Shown: positions 13,421 to 31,714 of the stretch, piece after piece | Layout of the letters: every line of letters begins with the position of its first letter | Numbering within the stretch: position 1 is the first letter of the stretch | NCBI RefSeq assembly: GCF_009914755.1 | Contig: NC_060929.1 | Length of the DNA: 64,000 bases | Strand: one strand, 5' to 3' | DNA from: the human T2T-CHM13v2.0 reference genome, Homo sapiens | The notes under the pieces: generated by a model | Told to the model about the DNA's origin: nothing | Database searches by the model: none | The model's input: only the letters and a program-made list of their open reading frames with translations | Made by a program: the position numbers and the translations under genes

Positions 13421-14874
13421 CTTCCAGGCTTTCAATAGAATAGAAAGCAGTTTGTTTTCCCCCCTTCAACGAGAAGGGCTATTGACTTGGTGATGAAATG
13501 ACCTAGGACTCAGAGTTTATTCAAACCACTGCCTCCTGTTTCTGTCACTTCAGGGAGATTTATTTATTTGTTTGGGCTACTGGTAGCCAATGCATCAAAA
13601 TATGCACTAATTCCACCACTACTGTGATTAAGAAGCAGCTAACAATGCAAGTTTAACAGCAACCAGCTGACTTTTATGATGCTTGTATTAAGGATCTAGT
13701 TTTCAAAAGGAAACAGCAGAGAAGACAAATCTATTTTTTGGACACTGTCAATTCCCTGCACCTCATTTTCTGACAGGTTTCCTAACAGCTCAGATAAACT
13801 ACATATTTTGGAGGACAACTGAAGTGAATAAGTGGCCCTTTTAGTTTTCTGGGGAGTTAGAGGCAGCTTTTGTTGGCAATCTTGTGAAAGAGTACAGTAC
13901 TGATGGATCATGCTGCTTGAGGTCCCGTGACTTCACACTATTTTTAGCACAAGGAAGATGTTAGTTGTAACAGTGTACAATGGGCTAATCAGCCATAATA
14001 GAACTCACACTGTTTTTCACTTCACATTGCACTTATTATGTGCCTTGAATGTAAACAGCTCTTTGCTTCTGACAAAGATGGCAGTTTGCCATGGTGGGAT
14101 TCAGCCTTCTCTAAAGCTCAGCAAACATTGAATAGAGCAAGCCAGAAGACTGAAAAAGCAATTGTTTGAATTTATGTCACTTGCAACCTTAGACAAAATT
14201 ATTTTTGTTACTTCCATCCTTTCCTTCCTACCTCCCTCAAATTAGCAAGCATTCACATATGTCAGTTATCAGCATATGAAAAATTATTTCCATTATTTCT
14301 CCACCCACATTTAGAGAATCAATAAATCATGTTTTATATAAAGTCTTGAATAATGACATCCCTGTGCATTTTATACCCATTGTGAAATATTTGGAACTTA
14401 ACATAATAATATGAAGCTTGATCATATAAATAGATTGAAGTTGCTTTAAAGCATGATAAAAGATACTCTTTAAAATTACACCCAACACCCAAAAGAAGTT
14501 TATTGTTTTGCACCATCTGTATGTACCATTAGCAGATTCAATAGTTTGCTCTCAAAACAGATTTAGAGCAATTTACTATAAAGCAAATTGTTGTTGGCTA
14601 GGCTTCCTGCATTGTTATCCTATGATTTTTCCAGGCACAGGGGCATATTCAAAAGTTTTTTGAAATTTTATCACAGTAATACATGCACATGATAAAAACC
14701 ATCAAGTAGTATAAGAAAGTACTTTATAAAGAAAAGTACCCTCCTCCACACTCAGGCCTATTACTAGCAGCAAAGACCTTTTTATTTTTTAGTTCTTCTT
14801 CTGGAGATTACTTCCTAACCCTAAATAAAAGGCTTATAATAGTATTTCTAAAGAATTTTTTTAAATTATTATTA

Positions 14875-15137
14875 TTTTTTTTAGAGTTGGGGTCTTGCTC
14901 ACTGCAGCCTCGAACTCCAGGGCTCAAGTGATTCTCCTGTCTCAGCCCCTCAGCCTCCTGAGTAGCTATGACTATAGGCATGTGCCACTGTGCCCAGCTA
15001 ATTTTTATTTTTACTTTTGTAGAGTCAGGATCTTGCATTGTTGCCTAGGCTGGCCTTAAACCCCTAGCTTCAAACAATACTCTCACCTTGACCTCGCGAA
15101 GTGCTGATATTACAGGTGTGAGCCACTGCACCTGGCC
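14875..15137 (-). mobile_element. AluJ
   Basis: Diverged Alu reverse complement. TSD ttataatagtattt on both sides. Confidence 0.9.
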
Positions 15138-15154
15138 TTATAATAGTATTTATT

Positions 15155-16300
15155 GATTGATTCATTCATTGATTCAGCAGATATTCACTGAGTGACTACT
15201 GTTTGCCACATACTGTTCTAAAACTGAGATACAACAGTGAACGAAACAGACAAAAGTCCCTGCCCCCTTGAAGCTGAACATTCCACTGGAGTGGAAATGA
15301 GGAGAGGCAGATAATAAATATCAATGAATAATTTATATCACATATCAAAAAGTGAAAAGGGGTATAGAATAAAAGAAATGAGAAAGGTGGGCAAGAGGGG
15401 TACTGAAGGTGGAAGGTGGTGTGAAGTTCGAAACACAGAGGTTAGGGATGGCCTAACTAAGAGTGTGATATTTCAGCAAAGACATGAAAGAAGTAATAGA
15501 GTAACCCATGAAAACATCTCAAAGGAGAGAGGCCAGAGTGGAAGGAACAGCCAGTGCAAAGGCCCTGAGGCAGGAGCATGGCTGGTTGGCTTAAGGAACA
15601 GTGAGGAGGTCAACTTGGCTGATGTGGAATGAGCAAAGGAAAGTGCAGTAGGAGATGGGGCTTGTGAAATGATGGGAGGAGGAGGTCCATGGGAGTGTAG
15701 GAAGGATTTGAACAGAGAATTAATTCAGTCCTGTTTAAGTTTTTACTTTCTTGAGGAAAGGATGTGTGAATGGAAGAAGGAAGTTATTTTGGAGTCTCTG
15801 CGGTGATCCAAGTGAGACAAGGAAACTCCCAACAGGTTGATGCCTCAGAGGAGTTAAGAAGTAGTCAGATTCTGGGTATACAGTGAGGCTTACTTGCTTT
15901 TCTGATAGATTGCATTTATAGAATATGAGAGAAAGAAGATTTGGCTTCAGCTACTGTAAGAATGGAGTGGCCCTTAATGGAGATAAGATAGACTGCTGGT
16001 TGAATGGGATTTGGAAGGAAGATTTAGTTATGGATATGTTGAGTTTGAGATGCCTTTAGACATCAAAGTGGTGATAACAGATAGATAAGTGGATATGAGA
16101 GGCTGGAGTTCTGGGGAGAGGTACAGACCTCGTATTTACATTTTTGGTCGTTAGCATATACATGGTATTTAAGGTCACATGCCTAGGTAAGCCCACTAGG
16201 GAATGAAGCTAAAAGAAGTCCAAGGACTTATCCTTGGGACATTCTCACATTAAAAGATTGGATAAGAAACTTGCAAAAGGAACTGAAAAGAAGTGAGGTC
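15155..16300 (-). mobile_element. L2 (L2a-like) 3' portion
   Basis: L2 tail ttcattcattgattcagcagatattcactgagtg and typical L2 motifs (ccagtgcaaaggccctgaggcagg; atgttgagtttgagatgcct). Confidence 0.85.
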
Positions 16301-16429
16301 AGAAGCTACTGGAAGAAAGAGAGTTACAAAAGTAGGCTAACAAATGCATGTCAATTTTACATGACCCACAGTGATATTCTCAGGTTAGAGAAAGAGTTAT
16401 GAAGACAATGGTGATCCTGCAGCAAAGTA

Positions 16430-17370
<941 letters not shown>

Positions 17371-17440
17371 CTTATTTCTTGATTTGAGTGCTAATTGCAT
17401 GTATTCATTTTCCAAAAATTCTTAGAAATTACATGTATGG

Positions 17441-17803
<363 letters not shown>

Positions 17804-20394
17804 TTAAAAATATCAATTGTTTTTTAAAAATGTGGACATACTAATTTAACCTTTCATCTGCAAACTAGACAGTAACAAATTAGCTTAGAGACTATTCAAA
17901 AAGAAAAGTAATGAAAACTGGCTGTATCATATATAAAATGTATAAGAAAGCAGGAATGAGTGAAATGCTCTGGCAATAGCAGGGGATCATTGGATAGAAT
18001 ACAATGTATGATAGAGATGAAAGGATAACTCAGTGGGGGGAAAGGAATGAATGATCAATAAGTGATGTTGTATTTTCAAATCCTCCATGCAGCTGGGTAC
18101 ACCCATGTGACCACATTTTGGCTAATGAGATGTCAACAAAATTGATAAATGCCACTTCCAAGTCTTGCTCCTTAATGAATTAGGGTTGTGTACCTTCCAG
18201 CCTCACTCTGCTGTCCTTTTAGTTTGGAGAAAATGAGATTTAGAACAATTGCCCGAGACCCAGAGACGGGAGCCACTTGTCAAGGATGGCAGAACCACCT
18301 TGTCAGGCCCACACCATTAACTGTGAGAGAGTTGATCTTTTAGCTTAAACAAGCCCTCACTCAAGGAGAGAGGATTACATAGAGGCATGAAGGTCTGGAG
18401 GTAGAGATATTAGAGGTTGCCTACCACAGGAAAAAAATCAATTTAGATCCTCACTTAACACTATCTCACTTAACACTGTACCAGAATAATTTGCAGATGA
18501 GTAACACATTAAAATGTAAAAACTCAAGTAATTCCTAAAAATAGATGAAAGTATATGTGTGTGGGTATTTTTTTTAATCAGATTGGAATGTTCTAAGCTT
18601 AAAACAATGGAAGCTCTCGCTCACAGGCTGGGTTCTCCAGGGAGCAGACACTGCAGTTGTCCTAGTATGTGAGGCTTATTGGTGAGTCATGCCTGTGAAG
18701 GGAGAAAGGGAGGAAGCAGGAATGGGCAGGGAAAGGTGAATCTGAAAAAAGTCGAGTAGTCCAATGAGGAGCTCTAGAACAAAGATTTCCCGTTAGAGGA
18801 GTCCCAGGTTGGGCGACATAGCTGAGCCTTGAACCAGTTTCTTGCTCCGTGAGTGGCTAAGGGCTGCCCTGAGTATTAGAGCAGCCTCTTTTTGAAAGCT
18901 GAGGAGAACCCTGAGGAACTAATAGCTAGAGGTTGTCTGCTGTCCACACCCTTTACCTGGGCTGCAGGCCTATTTTTGAGAGTGGATCTGAGCAGAGTGT
19001 TTCCGTCCCTGCCACAGTCTACCCCTTGCAATCTATGAATCCACTTTTCTGTACACACATAGGGAGTAGCTCCTGTGGGGCTCTTATAGGCTCCCTCCCC
19101 GAGGAGAAACTGAGAAGTGAGAAGTCAGTGGGAAGAACTGCACCCCCATCGCTGCAGTTGCTCTTCAGGACGCAACCGGCGCTCATCCTCTCTCTCCTCC
19201 ATCATCCATTCTAAAACCCCTGCCACTCAATTACCACCTCTGCTGGTCTTGGTGGCTTATCTGAGGTGGGACTCTAACCCTCATCTGAAGGTTCGGAGCC
19301 CTGATAACCGAAATCTTCAGGCTGGGCTTCAGTGATCAAGTGATCCTCCTGCCTCAGCCTTTCAAAGCACTGGAATTACAGCACCTGCCTATTCAGACAA
19401 GAAAGTATCTTAAGAGACACCTCAGTGGGTCACCTGCATTCCATACATGGAGTGACAGCGGTTGGACCTCCTCCAGATGATGGCAGATGACTAGTAGCTG
19501 ACTTTCTTTTTGCCTGTTGTTTCCTGGACAAAAGGAGCCCTAAGTGACTTGGTGGCAGTCATAGCTATTAGCTCAATGGGATCTGGATTCTCCTGTTAAG
19601 AGTGCTTCATTTGGGATCAGGTCCTCTAACTCTGGAGCTCAGAGTTATGGGGAACAGGAAGTAAAGATTTTTACAGATGGTCACTGGTGGTAATGGTAAG
19701 CAGAGCTATTCCTGCTTCCGCCTCTTGGTTTCCCCAAGTATTCGTCTCACTGCGGACACAGAATTATATACATGTCTCTGATTCAATGCACATACCCTGA
19801 AGGATGGCATTTCATCCTCACAGAGTGCTGCCTCGGATCTGGCACTTCAGCAGGCCACTCCAATGCTCTGTCAGGTTGGCAGCCTCTGGGTGGTGATTCA
19901 GCCTGTGGATGCTGTGGGCATGGGCTCACGCCTTCACCTCTTCTGTTTTAAAATGGGTTCCCTGGTTAGATGTTCTTTGTGTGGGATTTACTGTGTATTA
20001 ACCATTCCATAACCCTTGAATAGCAGTGCTGGCTGAGGCTGTGTGGTAGGAAAAGGCAAACCCATATTCAGAATAGGTTTCTGTTCTTGTGAGAACACAC
20101 TGTTAGTTGGCCCCTCTGGGATGGAATGGGTCCACTGTAGTCAGCTTGCCACCAGATCACCCATTCGTCCGTTCAAGAAATAATGCCATGTTTTAGGTTC
20201 AGCACTGGTTTCTGTTGTTGGCGGATTGAACATTCAGAGGTGGCAGTAGCTACAGAGGCCTTGGTGAATAGGAGTCCATGCTGATGGGAATATGCAGGGC
20301 CTCCCTCTCTGCCACCACTTCATTTATGTGCCCATTGTTTTATCACTGGGGTGCCTGCATGAAAGATGGCTATCATCAACTGGCTGCATCATTT

Positions 20395-21020
20395 TTCTTC
20401 CTTTCTTTTAGAGACAGGGTCTCACTGTTGCCCAGGCTGCAGTGAAATGATGTAATTATGGCTCACTGCAGCCTCCAACTCCCAGACTCAGGTAATCTCC
20501 CTCCTCAGCCTCCTGAGTAGTTGGGACTACAGGTGCTCACCACCATGCCCAGCAAATTTGTTAATTTTTTTTTTTTTTATTTGAGATGAAGTCTCGCTCT
20601 TGTCCCCCAGGCTGGAGTGCGATGGCACGATCTCGGCTCACTGCAATCTCCGCCTCCTGGGTTCAAGTGATTCTCCTGCCTCGCCCCACCACCACCCCCC
20701 AGCCACCGCCCCAATAGCTGGGATTACAGGTGCCTGTCACCACACCCCGCTAATTTTTGTTTTTTTAGTAGAGACAGGGTTTCACCATGTTGGCCAGGCT
20801 GGTCTAGAACTCCTGACCTCAGGTGATCCGCCCGCCTTAGCCTCCCAAAGTGCTGGGATTACAGGCGTGAGCCACCACGCCCGGCCTGTTAATTTTTTTA
20901 TAGAAACGGGCTTTTTTTGCTGTGTTTCCCAGGCTGGTCTTGAACTCTTAGCCTCAAGAGAGCCTCCTGCCTCAGCTTCCCAAAGAGCTGGAATTACAAG
21001 CATGAGCCACCATTCCTGGC
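20395..21020 (-). mobile_element. AluJ with an AluS (20566-20885) inserted in its middle A-rich linker
   Basis: AluJ right arm 20395-20560, complete AluS, then AluJ left arm 20900-21020. Duplicated tgttaattttttt at both junctions. Confidence 0.9.
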
Positions 21021-21889
21021 TCATGTTTTTTCATGGTTGTTTAGTGCCTCTTCTATAGTGGGTGCTTTCTGGTGGGCACTGATCTTGACACTCTGTATTC
21101 ACATTGTGTGCATCTGCAGACTCCTAGCCTAAATCTCCTTGTCCATGATCTTTCCATCTTTTTTCTTTAGCTCTCTGACCAGCCAGCCATCCTATTCCTT
21201 CTTGTTTAATTTTTCCACCTTAAGCTCCTCATGTGGGACCACCATATGGCCATAGGTGTGAACTGACAGAGGGGTGCTGGTACATTGGTCGAGGGTGATG
21301 GGAATCTGGCTACTCATCCATACAGTTTGCTCATGCCCTCATGACTTGCTCTTGCTTGGTACTGGATGTATCATATCCATCTTATGATGGAATACTGGCA
21401 TTTATGATAGTAGTCCATCATAAGATAGATATGATACATCCAGGACTTACTTATGACTTGGTGGGTCCAAGAAGGTCCCAGCTCATTTTCTGATACACAG
21501 TCACTTAGTGTTTTATGGTCAAGCATTTTTGTCTCTACCAGGACCCAGTAGCATGCTAGGAAGTGTTTTTCAACAAGTTTTTTTTTTGTTTTTTTTTTTT
21601 TTGTTTTTTTTTAGCAACAGATAACATGGGCTTGCTCTAGAACCCCAGGGACCTGAATTGTGATTCTACTGTTGAGGTTTGCTATAAACTCTGCACTACA
21701 TCATCTTCCATCATTGACACTGACATTACCTAAGGTCTGCCAGGTTGTAAGGCCCAAGTGACAGGGATACTGCATCACATCCTGGAACTGCTGTGTAGTC
21801 TTCTCTGGCTTTGGGTCCCACTTAAAGCTAGAAGTCTTCTATGCTACTTGGTATATAGGTCAGAACAGTATTTCTAGGTGATGTTGAAA

Positions 21890-22968
<1,079 letters not shown>

Positions 22969-23261
22969 CTAGTCTTTGGTGCTCCTCATTTTCTTACCTG
23001 GGATGCAGTAATGTTTTTGATTTGCTATGCTGACTGGAGAGTGGTGGTGGATTATTTCATAGCCTCCAATTTGGCTTTCCACACTCTGATAACTATTACT
23101 CCTATAAGCCAATGTCTCAATATAGATGGTTTTCTAATTTTCAAGTGTGTTAAATCTAATTATACATTCAGGGACTAGGGAACTGACCACCAGGAGGGTT
23201 TGTGAACCTAGAGGACATATTATTATTACTCTAGGCCTTGAAATTTCTTCATTCTTGTTTC

Positions 23262-23541
<280 letters not shown>

Positions 23542-24465
23542 TCATTATTTCTTGATTCCTATGTGACCCCACTCTAAGAAGAGAGGCCATGATGACATTC
23601 CATGTCCCCGAGTTTCAGTGACCACTTGGACTCTTTATCTAATACCCCTTAAAGGGTCTGGTCATTCTTACCATATTATGTATTCACTTGAATAAATGGC
23701 CATAAATGCCTTTAGAGAAGAACTTGGAGTGTCAGTGCTCTGTATATTTGTCTCAGTGTTGGCAGGGTTTTCCCCCTGGGAACCCAGCCACTTCTTTGGT
23801 TAATAGATTCCAGGTCTGGAATTGCTCAGGTTCAGGAACTGGGCAAATGATCATGACATTTTTATTGGAGCAATTGCATTCAAGCTCCAGTGCTGGGTAA
23901 AAAAATATTAAAAATGCCCGTTAGAGGGGTCCTGTGTTTGGTGAAGATGGGTAGGCCCTTAAACAACTGCCTGGCTCAGTCATTGGTTGAGGACCACCCC
24001 CAAAATAATGTGCCCTCAGCTCAAAAGCTGAGGCAAAACCTGAAGGAACTGATAACTAGAGGCCATCAGCTAAACACACTCCTACTCACTGGACAGGAGT
24101 TCTTTCTGGAAAGGCAATCTGAGCAGGTCACCTCAATGTCTGTCACACAATCATGAACAAAAATATCCCAAAAAATTTTTTTCCACAAAAAGTAAAATCC
24201 TCAAAACTCAACAATTTGAAACAAAAGCTATTAAAAATAATATGAAGGGTTAACTTCCTAACTAACTTCATAAAGGATTAACACCCTTACATCATAGCAT
24301 CACTCTTTAGGAAAAATCTATAGTACATGAACTTTATATGATATATTTAACAAATAGTTAAAGCTAAACACTTAAGATTCCAATAAATACTTAGAACAAG
24401 TACTAAGACAGAATAAATAGGAATAACCAATGGACATGAAAAAATACAGTCTTACAAGTAGTTGA

Positions 24466-24809
<344 letters not shown>

Positions 24810-24919
24810 CAAACTTCTAAATTTTTAAAGTTAACAATTTAATTTTGACTGGTGAGTGTTAAGTTAGAGGCGTCTCACACATGCTTAGCAGGAAGGTAAA
24901 TTTATATTTCTATAAATAA

Positions 24920-25408
<489 letters not shown>

Positions 25409-25844
25409 TAGGAAAACAGTTATATAAATTACATTGAATGTATGTGATAGCGTAGCGTATAGCCATTAAATGAAAATGTGTGATAAGCCTTTCATGCCAA
25501 GAGGTTACGCTTAGGAAATGTTCAATGAAAGTGAAAATAATCATACATCGAGTAGTACCTCAAATATGTAAAAATCCATAGAAATATGTGTAGAAGAAAA
25601 TATGACAGAAACATAAATATTGATTTGATGATCCTTGGTTGGGTGATTTATGTTCTTCTTTTAACTTTTGAATTTTACAAAGCAAACATTCTCGGAGTCA
25701 TCTCAAGTAACATTGCTGAAAGGTTTTGTTGACTTCAGGGAAGGTGCTGGGTTATGGGCTTCTCTCTGTGTGCTCACTGCATTTTCTCAGTGCCTGCCTA
25801 TCTCATCACATTTATTGCATCGTGCTCGACTTTCTCTGTGTATG

Positions 25845-26386
25845 TATCTGCAATGCCATTCTGACACTAACTACCTGGAATTAGGTCAAATTGCGGAAGT
25901 TGAGGGTGTAGTCCACCACGAGACTTCTCTCACTTCAGACACCAGCCACAGGCTCTGGGCTTTCCAGCCACCTGCACTTCTAACCAACTGGTGACAAATT
26001 TAGGCATTTCCACTACTTCCTCAGGCTCTATACTTTCCTAGAATAACTCACAGAATTCCAGAAAGTGTTACACTTAGGATTACAATTTTATTATAAAGGA
26101 CATGAGTTGCCAGGCACAGTTGCTCATACCTGTAATCCCATCACTTTGGGAGGCTGAGGCGGGTGGATCACTTGAGGCCAGGAGTTTGAGACCAGCCTGG
26201 GCAACATGGTGAAACCTCATTGCTACTAAAAATACAAAAATTAGCCAGGTGTGATGGCACACACCTGTAATCCCAGCTACTAGGGAGGCTGAAACAAGAA
26301 TCTCTTGAACCCAGGAAGCAGAGGTTGCAGGGAGCTGAGATGCGCCATTGCACACCAGCCTGGGTGACAGAGTGAGACTCCATATC

Positions 26387-26418
<32 letters not shown>

Positions 26419-26925
26419 TATAAAGTCAAGACTAGCCAAATGAGAAGAACATATGTTGAGATCTTAGCGGGTCCCCAACACAGAGCTTCCATGTCTTCAG
26501 GATGTATCACCCTCCTGGCACATCAATATGTGTCACTCACCTGGAAGCTCACTTAAGCTTTGGGTGTCCAGAGCTCTTACTGGGGTTTCATTCTATAGGC
26601 TTGATTGGCTGAATCACTGGCCACATGATTGAACTCAATCCCTAGACCCCCCCTTCCCTCCCCAGAGGCTGGGAAGTCACGTTGATAACATATGGCTTGA
26701 AGCCCCAACCCTCTAACCACATAATTTTTCTCTCCAGCATGGAAAGCCCCCATGCTGAAAATACCTAGAACTATGAGTCACATCATTAGCATAAACTCCA
26801 GTGTGGTCAGAGAGGTCTACCATGAATAATAAAGACGCTTCTATCACTTGGGAAATTCCAAGAGTTTAGAGGCTCTGTCACAGGAACCAGGGGCACAAGC
26901 CAGCCAAATCCTCCATTATACAACA
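25845..26925 (-). mobile_element. MER21C-like LTR, split by Alu 26109-26400 (+) and (TA)n
   Basis: ttctgacactaactacctgga...cacttcagacaccagcca is the reverse-complement homolog of the MER21 at 417-1751. Ends caggaaccagggg...attatacaaca. Confidence 0.75.
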
Positions 26926-27031
26926 GTGTATGTTTCATCCATTGGCTGTGCCCCCAAAATGGAGAAACCATGCCTGGTACCCCAGCAGATCTTTTCTTTC
27001 AGTTAATTTGGCAACATAAAAAACTTTGCCT

Positions 27032-27432
<401 letters not shown>

Positions 27433-28027
27433 TTAGCAATGCACCAACATTCTGGTCCTTTTAAAATGTAATCCATCACTGAGAAGAACAATAAAACAAC
27501 AGCAAAAACCACAAAAACGTTTTTGCGTTTATCATCTTTCTTTTCCCTTGATTATATCTATCAAAACCATTAGCTAATTTTGAATTAATAAGGAAATTAA
27601 TAGAAAAAAATATTAGCTTAGTGCAAGGAAAGGCCACAAAGAGAAATGCACGGATGGCAGTGGCATGGCTGTGTTTATGAATGTCTAATTCTGTCAATAT
27701 TTTGTTGTCAATCTCAGGATGGCCCAAGAATTAGTTTTTATAACATCAATATAGTATTTGGTGAATCTGACAAATTAGTTGATTATATTTATGCTTACTC
27801 TTTTATTCCAAAAGCTAATTGCGTCTAGTAGGTGATATGATTAACGTTTAGGATCGCCTATTTAACCTAGTCCTTCAAGTCTTTGTTAATTTGTATTTCA
27901 TAATTTATTAGATTAAAACCAGGATGGCTGCCTAGAGATATTATTTTTCAACTTCATAGGACTATGTATTAAAATTTTAGCCACTCAAAATTGAGTCAAC
28001 TTTTTTTGAGACAAAATATTTTATAGA

Positions 28028-28690
28028 CAGGCATACCTCATTTGATTGGGCTTTGCTTTATTTTGCTCCACAGATACTGTGTTTTTTTGACAAATTAAAG
28101 GTTTGTGGCAACCCTGTGTTGAACAAGTCTATGAGCGCCATTTTTCTAACACCATATGCTCACTTTGTTAGCATTTTTAGCAATAAACCATTTTAAAATT
28201 AAAATATGTACATTGTTTTTTAGACATAATGCTATGGCACACTTAATAGACTGCAGTATAGTGTAAACAACCTTAATACGCACTGGCAACCAAAAAATTC
28301 ATGTGGTTGGATTTATTTTGAATTAATTAATTTATTGAGACAGGGTCTCAGTGTGTCACTCAGGGTGGAGTGCAGTGATGCGATCACAGCTTACTGCAGC
28401 CTCAACCTCCCAGGGCTCAGGTAATTCTCCCACCTCATCCTCCCGAGTAGCTAGCCTACAGATGTGTGCCACCAGCTTGGCTAATTTTTCTATTTAATAG
28501 AGACAGGGTTTTGCCATGTTGCCCAGGCTGGTCTCGAACTCCTGGGTTCATAAGATCCGCACGTCTCAGCACCACAAAGTGCTGGGATTGCAGGTGTGAG
28601 CCACCATGCCCTGCCAACTTGATGTATTTTGATGCTTATTTTATTGTAGTGGTCTGGAACTGAACCTGCAATATCTCTGAGGTATGCCTG
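28028..28690 (+). mobile_element. Internally deleted Tigger1 DNA transposon containing AluJ (28335-28615, -)
   Basis: Perfect 12-bp TIRs CAGGCATACCTC (28028) and GAGGTATGCCTG (28679-28690). Confidence 0.85.
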
Positions 28691-28700
28691 TGTATGTGTG

Positions 28701-28735
<35 letters not shown>
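28691..28735. repeat. (TG/TA)n microsatellite between two Tigger elements
   Basis: tgtatgtgtgtatg followed by (ta)n. Confidence 0.9.
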
Positions 28736-28737
<2 letters not shown>

Positions 28738-29062
28738 TCAAGTGCTGCATAACAACATTTTGGTCAAAGACAGACTGCATATATGATGGTGGTCCCATAA
28801 AATTCTAATACTGTATTTCTACTGTATGTTTTTTCTATGTTTAGATATGTAAGACACCATTGTGTTGCAAATGCCTGTAGTACTCAGTACAATAAATGTT
28901 GCACAGGTTTGTAACCTAGGAGCAACTGGCTATTTGATACAGCCTAGGTGTGAAGTAGGCTACACCACCTAGTTTTGTGTAAGAACACTCTATGATAGTT
29001 GTACAACACCATATTTGCTTATTGACACATTTCTCAGAATGTACCCCTGTTGTTAAGCAACA
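28736..29062 (+). mobile_element. Tigger3/MER7-like DNA transposon
   Basis: gtcaagtgctgcataacaacattttggtcaaagacagactgcatatatgatggtggtcccataa ... cctgttgttaagcaacat. Confidence 0.8.
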
Positions 29063-29506
29063 TATATAATATATAATGATATACAGAGTGTAATATATGT
29101 GGACCAGTTTTACATGTTTGATCCAAGGACAACATCCGAAGTTCTCAAGCATCACTGATTCACTAGATCTCACTGCCAGGCATATGGAGATGCCTTTCTG
29201 ATGAGAGCTGTCTCTGTGGGCTTGTTGCTACACTGTCTCTAGGTGTTGGAGACAGATCTGATATGGAGACTGGTCTGAATCCGTACCTTTTCTCCTCCTT
29301 TCTGAGCAGGCTTGACCCTAGGCTTGTGGGAGAAGACAGGGTTTTCAACAAGCAGGATGAATAGAATGCCTTCTGTGTGCGTTGTATTTGCGTGGTCTCC
29401 TATCTTTCCTGAGGGTGAGGGTCTCCTGTGACTAGAGTCACAGTAATTCCTAGGTACCATTGAATGCCTAATACATATTTAAATTTTCCTTATAAAATCA
29501 AAGGTT

Positions 29507-29924
<418 letters not shown>

Positions 29925-30045
29925 TTACACCATGCTCAGTATAAAGATAATGTCCCAGGGAGACGTCACGTGCTCTTTTGTATGAAAGGTGCCTCGTGAG
30001 TAATGCATCATGGGGGCCTGTCTGCACAGGCCGAAGGGGTTAGAT

Positions 30046-30562
30046 TGAAGGAATTAGCTGCCCACCAAAGTGCTATGAAGACTATTTTAAACTGAAAACA
30101 TCTGAACAGGCAGCAGCCACAGAAAGAAACATTATTTACACTTGAGTAGAACCCTCCCAAAATACAGCTGCTGTTGACCCCCATCTGAGGGAGTTTACCA
30201 TTTGAAGAAAGGTTAACCCTTAGCACTGGGAACTATGAATTCAGCTGCCATAACACCCATCGCCTCCGTGGGAAAATTTCCAGCCAGGAAAGAGATAGAC
30301 TGCCTATTCCCATTAACAACAAAAAGCCCAATAGAACCCTTTATACCTTCGCAGTGAAACCCTCCCCTCCTTTTGTGAAATCGTTATATAAACCTCTTGT
30401 CTCTGGCTATTCAGTGAGTTACTCGTGACTGAGCAACTCTTGCATGCACGTGAAAATAAACTTTTATCTTTTCTTCAATTAATCTGCCTATGGCTGGATA
30501 ATTTGCAGGTCCTGGGACTATTCAGACCTAAGTTGACAGAGGAGAAGTTTTTCCTCACAACA
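30046..30562 (+). mobile_element. ERV1 solo LTR (MER34/MER39-like) inserted in L2
   Basis: TG...CA termini with perfect TSD AGAT (30042-30045 / 30563-30566). TATA-like ttatataaa at ~30384 and AATAAA at ~30455. Confidence 0.75.
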
Positions 30563-30993
30563 AGATCCTGGGTACAAGTGGAGAGTTGGTCTTAGTAGGA
30601 GCAGAGACACTTCATCCATACTAACAGGATGGAAGGCGGAGGCATTTGCATATATTCAACATCTCTCTCATTCTCAAACCTCCTGGAAGTGTTGTCTACT
30701 CTTAATGATTCATGTCCTCACTTTCCTTCACTCTTCTACCTATTCCAATTTGGCTTCCAGGCTCAACACACATTCAATCATTCACCCATTCATCTAAAAA
30801 TTCTTTAATCCTACTATATGGTCTAGGCCCTGGGGAGTATATCATTAAACAAAATCCAAAAATAGCTGTCTTTATGGAGCTGACTATCTAGTAGGGAAAA
30901 CATATCTAAAGCAAATAAATAACACCATGCATTCACTGGTGATAAGTGTAATGGACAAAAACCAAACACACACAAAGCAGGCAGGAAAGTGAG

Positions 30994-31323
30994 GTTCTTA
31001 GTTCACTCATGCTGCTGTAACAACAAAATACCTTAGACTGGGTAACTGACAAACAACCGAAATTTATTGCTCACAGTTCTGGGCAGAGTCAGTGTCTGGT
31101 GAGGCCCTGTTCCTCATAAATGGTGCCTTCTATGTCCCCTCACATGGTGGAAGGGGCAAACAGGCTCCCTTAAGTCTCTTTCATAAGGGCACTAATCCCA
31201 TTCAGGAGGGTGGAGCCCTCATGAGTTAATGACTCCCCAAAGGCCCCACCCCTTAATACCATTGCATTGGGGTTAGGTTCAACATAAGAATTTTGGAGTG
31301 ACACAAACATTCAGACAATAGCA
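30994..31323 (-). mobile_element. MLT1A-like MaLR LTR
   Basis: tcttagttcact..gctgctgtaacaa..aaatttattgctcacagttctgg ... acaaacattcagacaatagca. Confidence 0.8.
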
Positions 31324-31714
31324 GGGAGCTGGAGAGTGTTGATGGCCTCACTAAGAAGGAGATAATTTGAACAAAGATGTGAGGAGGTAGGGAAAAAACC
31401 CTATGGATCTAGCTGAAAGTCTCTTCCAGAAAGGAGCAGATAAGCAAGAGAGTGTACCTGATAGAGTCAAGGAAAAGCAAGGAGGCCACTGTGGACTGAG
31501 CAAGTGCGAAAGGCAGAGCAGCAGGTAAAACCAGCAAGGTCATATGTGGCTAGATTGTGTGGGAGCATGTAGTAATTGCCACATATTTTGACTTTACTCT
31601 GAGTGAGATGAGGACGCACCGGAGGAATTTGAACAGACAAATGATGTGTTGAAAATGGATTGGGAGAGCAAGGGTGGAAGTAGGGGAAGCAGGACCAATG
31701 CTGATCCTATCAAA

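Noticed and set aside
20600-21058. 152-aa ORF and similar ORFs (24977, 26080, 44050, 49152)
   Set aside because: These are typical antisense Alu translations ([23 protein letters not shown]).
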